Shown here piece after piece: positions 61,401-64,000 of a stretch of 64,000 nt of DNA. The stretch is from Bacteroidota bacterium. Its GTDB lineage: Bacteria > Bacteroidota > Bacteroidia > AKYH767-A > OLB10. Both the position numbers and the translations under genes were made by a program. Numbering within the stretch: position 1 is the stretch's first letter; every line of letters starts with the position of its first letter. The stretch is taken from the NCBI GenBank assembly GCA_016713925.1, contig JADJOH010000002.1, forward strand, positions 371,701-435,700, written 5' to 3'. The notes below the pieces were generated by a model that searched no databases, was not told the origin of the DNA, and saw only the letters and a program-made list of their open reading frames with translations.

Positions 61401-61929
61401 CGCTTCCGAATACGGTGGAACTGCCATTGGTCACCATGTTGCCAGTACCGGTTGAAGTGGCAATAGTGCCACCGTTGAACGTTGCGTTTCCATTAACAAC
61501 CAGGTTTCCTCCTCTTAGTTCTAAAGTGGAAGTCGTATTCATCACAAAACTACCTGCTAATGTCAATGAAAATCCATTCATATCTAACTGTGAACCGGAA
61601 TTCATTGTTATATCTGATGTATTTACGGCATTGTCTAAAACAGGATATCTGCTCAAGGAGGAAGGGATCGTGATTTGATCATTAATTGTAGGCAATCCCG
61701 AAGGCGTCCAGTTGTTTGAGTTGGACCATAAACTATCAGAAGAGCCATTCCAGGTATAACTGATTCCGGCAACAGCGGTGGTATTGACACCCAAATTCCA
61801 ATAAATCAATCCTGCAACAAAGGCAAAAACAGAGAAAATACCTCCTGCAATCAGATAGCGTTGCACGAGTTTAGTCCTTTGTTGTTGTTTGATTTTCAAC
61901 CTTTTAACTTTAGTTTTAGCTCTTTCCAT
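58420..61929 (-). CDS. Very large repetitive Gly/Thr/Asn/Ser-rich beta-helix-like adhesin (N-terminal portion; signal anchor)
   Basis: 1169 aa. N-terminal TM/signal anchor. Six or more internal repeats of about 160 aa (e.g. GNNTFNDSTFITNSGTGYLIFSNSTRDIYNAP...). Confidence 0.6.
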   Translation of the reverse strand: MERAKTKVKRLKIKQQQRTKLVQRYLIAGGIFSVFAFVAGLIYWNLGVNTTAVAGISYTWNGSSDSLWSNSNNWTPSGLPTINDQITIPSSLSRYPVLDNAVNTSDITMNSGSQLDMNGFSLTLAGSFVMNTTSTLELRGGNLVVNGNATFNGGTIATSTGTGNMVTNGSSTVFGSGSAGPTIHTDIEVNSGIVTVRNTTFNGITRLTKTGASNDVASGNNTFNDSTFITNSGTGYLIFSNSTRDIYNAPLTLNSTGAGVLYIAYNGTNTQFNENLIFNSTGGGIRIGGSNGTSILAADKQLTIGNTGFSGGTLQLSRMSIAGSSDQSLTLNGSAVLTLGPATTFPSDFIAVSPGVSLNGVVFNGDVNITKNGAANTHGSGNNTYNGTTVITNEGTGFMSFSNSTRDIFNGEVTFNSTGTGVLYVAHNGVNTQFNDHVNVSSTSTGSIRFGNAAGTSMLAAGKSIRVGGAGFESGSLQLGGIAFPAGNFDLSLGNAVTLTLGPSTSFADDVTVTSGGMCLSGCTFNGKLTAVKTGSSNDNGSGNTTYNDSVHVINNGTGYMVMSNSTRDIFNAPATFSSNGTGTIYVAHKGTNTLFNENVFLNSSGGGGGVRISTGNGTAILADGKSILAGNAGFVSGDLMLGAVTMSATIPQTISTGPNATVTIGPAAQMACPLNVEAGGVCMNGGTFGGKVSLLKTGAGNNTGNGNNVFSDSLSIVNNGTGYMVFSNSVRDIYNGVLSATTNSSGIIYLAHRGTNTEFNENIIVSSTSNGSIRFGASTGTSSLATGKTFIVGTSGFNSGSLNLSRFTQTGANPLSFTLGTGAILNLGPALVLNGDVSINSGGICFNGATFNGTISVTKTGAANDAGNGNNIFNASSSFMNSGTGYLLLANSTRDVFNDVVEFTNAGSGLIHVGYNGGVTEFNADLILNSTGSAGIRFGGGNGSSQLADGKRILIGAGNYTGGELNLRRFTQVGNTPQSLAMTSGTAALYLSLNSTFNGAVDFSFPQVYLHGAVFNSTARVEKNGAGGNTSNGGNIFNQHVIIKNSGTGSFVLANSNPDDFNSNASFIQTGAGVLSPASNSICTFGGDILTDSSTTAITFANSGAGFVTLNGNTTQQIRGHLLFPPVIRRMIVDKPGGDVRLNVPVTVSHSLNLTSGIVYSMPLIFLR

Positions 61930-62118
61930 ACTAATTTCTGATTGTTTAAAAAATCAAAAAGTATACGATAAGGGCATGGAGATGTTTCAGTAAGTACTCA
62001 GCAATTCGCGAATCGAAGTCCACCTGACCTCAAAAAAGCGAACACATTTCTTTAGTGAAATCGTTCACAACGCAAAAAAATAAACATTTAAAATTTCCCG
62101 GATGTTATGCTGTAGAAA

Positions 62119-62754
62119 TCAAGCTGATGTTTTCACTTCAAGCAATTCATTCGCTGTACGTGTAAAATAAATCAACCAGGAAACTGTGCCTAACAGCTTC
62201 ATGGCATCTTCTAAAAATGTATCCTTCGAGATAGGCAAGGGTAAAATATCAATGATAGTGGAAAGACCGAGGAAGAAAAAAGCGAGAACAAGAGCAATAA
62301 AATCAGAATTCAATAACTGCCTTCTGAAGCGAATAAAATAAATCAGGTAGATATTCAGATAAGTCAGATAAATCATATTATCTGAAATATTAAAATAGAG
62401 TGGAAACACGAGTTCATGCAACTGGAACAAATCATCCAGGGTCATCAATAAAGTAATGATTCCGCTGAAGAGGAGAAACTGTTGTGTTTTTGCACTTACA
62501 TTTCCATCTATTCGCCATGCACCATAAAAGCAAATGGTCACTGCAGCACTCCAAATCATAATTCCGACATTGGAGAAGAAGCCGATATAAAACGGAGCAA
62601 AAAATTGAGCATTCGGGTCCTGTGTAAAAGAATCTAACGAGATATCTTTGGCAGTACTGATAAAAATCGCAAGCAGCAAGGCAAGAGTTGTCAGCAACCA
62701 TGAAATCAATAAAACCGGAGTTACCTTTCTGAACTGTGAGCTGATGCTGCGCAT
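62119..62754 (-). CDS. Hypothetical polytopic membrane protein
   Basis: 211 aa with 6 hydrophobic segments. Confidence 0.45.
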   Translation of the reverse strand: MRSISSQFRKVTPVLLISWLLTTLALLLAIFISTAKDISLDSFTQDPNAQFFAPFYIGFFSNVGIMIWSAAVTICFYGAWRIDGNVSAKTQQFLLFSGIITLLMTLDDLFQLHELVFPLYFNISDNMIYLTYLNIYLIYFIRFRRQLLNSDFIALVLAFFFLGLSTIIDILPLPISKDTFLEDAMKLLGTVSWLIYFTRTANELLEVKTSA

Positions 62755-62771
62755 ACTACTGTTTCTTTATA

Positions 62772-63377
62772 TTATTCTCCGAGAATCTGTCTCTTTTGCA
62801 AATTGAACTCATCGTCTGTCAATAATCCCTTATCACGCAGATTGCCGAGCTTTTGAATTCTATCCAACTTGTGATCGAAATTATCTTCACCATTGGAAAC
62901 TTTTCGACGATCATTGCGAGCCGGTTGTTCATCCGATTCAGCATCTCCTTTTTTTCGCATGAACATCCAGATAAGACCGATGAGCAGAAAAATACCTACA
63001 CCAATGTTAAAGATAAAAAGAATAGAATTGGTATGTGACGATTGAAGGTTATCACCTTGCGCATCTTCCAACTGTAATTTTAATTCTGCATTACCGGCTT
63101 TCAATGCTTCGATCTCTGTGTTGGCATCTGATATCTTTTCATTTTGCGAACTTAAAGCACGATAAAGCGAATCTTCTCGCGATTCCATCTCCACTATCAT
63201 CGCACCCAGACTATCAATCAAGAGTGCTCTGCGGTCGAATGCAGGAGCGATATTTTTCACAGGTACTGTCTTTATTTGTGCAGGCCTTCGAATACTATCC
63301 TGGGCCCTTACAGGTGCTGCCGAAAAAATTAACGAGCAGAAAATACATGTTAAGAGGCTATAAACAACTACTTTCAT
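62772..63377 (-). CDS. Secreted/membrane-anchored coiled-coil protein with C-terminal SHOCT domain
   Basis: Signal peptide ...PVRAQ. Coiled-coil region. TM segment. C-terminal LDRIQKLGNLRDKGLLTDDEFNLQKRQIL is SHOCT-like. Confidence 0.5.
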   Translation of the reverse strand: MKVVVYSLLTCIFCSLIFSAAPVRAQDSIRRPAQIKTVPVKNIAPAFDRRALLIDSLGAMIVEMESREDSLYRALSSQNEKISDANTEIEALKAGNAELKLQLEDAQGDNLQSSHTNSILFIFNIGVGIFLLIGLIWMFMRKKGDAESDEQPARNDRRKVSNGEDNFDHKLDRIQKLGNLRDKGLLTDDEFNLQKRQILGE

Positions 63378-63659
63378 GCTTGATAGGGATCCGGGGAATG
63401 TCATATTTAAGTTGGTTAAACTACAAAAATGTTTGGCAAAAGTAAAGAAGCTACGGAGATTTATTAAAAAATTGATCGTAATTTTGATAGAGTTTGTTAA
63501 CTATCAATGAATTCAACCGGTAATTTAATATATTTGAATCTGACAATTTGCGTTAAGCGATTGTTCCTCAGCATTTCCCCAACTATGACACCGACCAAAA
63601 CCCTAAGTTATCAACGGCATTTCACCGCCGCTTTAAGGGTACCGGCGGTTTTATTGGCC

Positions 63660-64000
63660 ATGATCGTTTTTTCATTAAAAATAAATGCCCAATCCTCCTA
63701 TTGGTACGGAAGCCTGCATTCGCACTCTGAGTACTCGGATGGAAATATGGGCAACGATCCCGACTATCACGATGTCAAATCCTGCTTTGAATATATCCAA
63801 CAAAACACTTTGAATGTAAATTACTGGGGAATCTCTGATCATAATCATAGTGGTGCCGGCATGGCTATAGCCGATTATCATAAAGGTGTATTACAGGCCG
63901 ATTCTGTGAATCAGGATAATGTGTTTACCAGTTTCTATGGAATGGAATGGGGCGTCATCAGCACCGGTGGTCATGTTATTGTTCATGGAATCGATAGTTT
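63660..64000 (+). CDS. PHP-domain-like metallohydrolase, 3'-truncated by window edge
   Basis: GSLHSHSEYSDGN (HxH...SDG PHP signature). ORF runs off the end of the window. Start uncertain. Confidence 0.4.
   Translation, partial: MIVFSLKINAQSSYWYGSLHSHSEYSDGNMGNDPDYHDVKSCFEYIQQNTLNVNYWGISDHNHSGAGMAIADYHKGVLQADSVNQDNVFTSFYGMEWGVISTGGHVIVHGIDS

Noticed and set aside
63675-63881. 68-aa minus-strand ORF at the window end
   Set aside because: It overlaps the better-supported plus-strand PHP-like ORF, which carries a recognisable HxH...SDG motif.

Overview
This 64-kb window looks like Bacteroidota chromosome. The evidence is five secreted proteins ending in Por/T9SS C-terminal sorting domains, signal peptides ending ...AQ, a Bacteroidetes-style TAnnTTTG promoter box, and the DUF4290-murA, grpE-dnaJ and Trx-ApbE-DUF4266-DUF3570 gene arrangements. 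The bulk is housekeeping: hutU, murA, grpE, dnaJ, cdd, pdhA plus E2, purL, mtgA, acs, a UvrD-family helicase, an acyl-CoA ligase, an APC permease, SDRs and GNATs. These are interleaved with large repetitive T9SS cargo proteins. No rRNA, tRNA or CRISPR was recognised.

The most notable points:
- A T9SS-exported protein (14104-16476) carries a well-conserved lysyl-oxidase (LTQ copper amine oxidase) catalytic domain, which is rare in bacteria.
- A RES toxin / Xre(DUF2384) antitoxin pair sits at the edge of an AT-rich accessory segment (about 33.3-37.8 kb). That segment also encodes overlapping small secreted proteins and a thioredoxin-fold protein.
- A dispersed family of heptanucleotide tandem-repeat arrays (GGCTNNN / AGCCNNN, plus GTTTAAG, TTCTGAA and a 17-mer) abuts stop codons in at least eight intergenic regions.
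- A roughly 600-bp stretch (49.44-50.04 kb) consists almost entirely of long A/C/G homopolymers. It is most likely an assembly or base-calling artifact, and it sits inside an AT-rich segment bracketed by inverted heptamer arrays.
- Three genes appear interrupted: DUF3570 by an in-frame TGA, a membrane-protein paralog by a frameshift at an A5 run, and a roughly 1500-aa T9SS adhesin by a frameshift at an A5 run.
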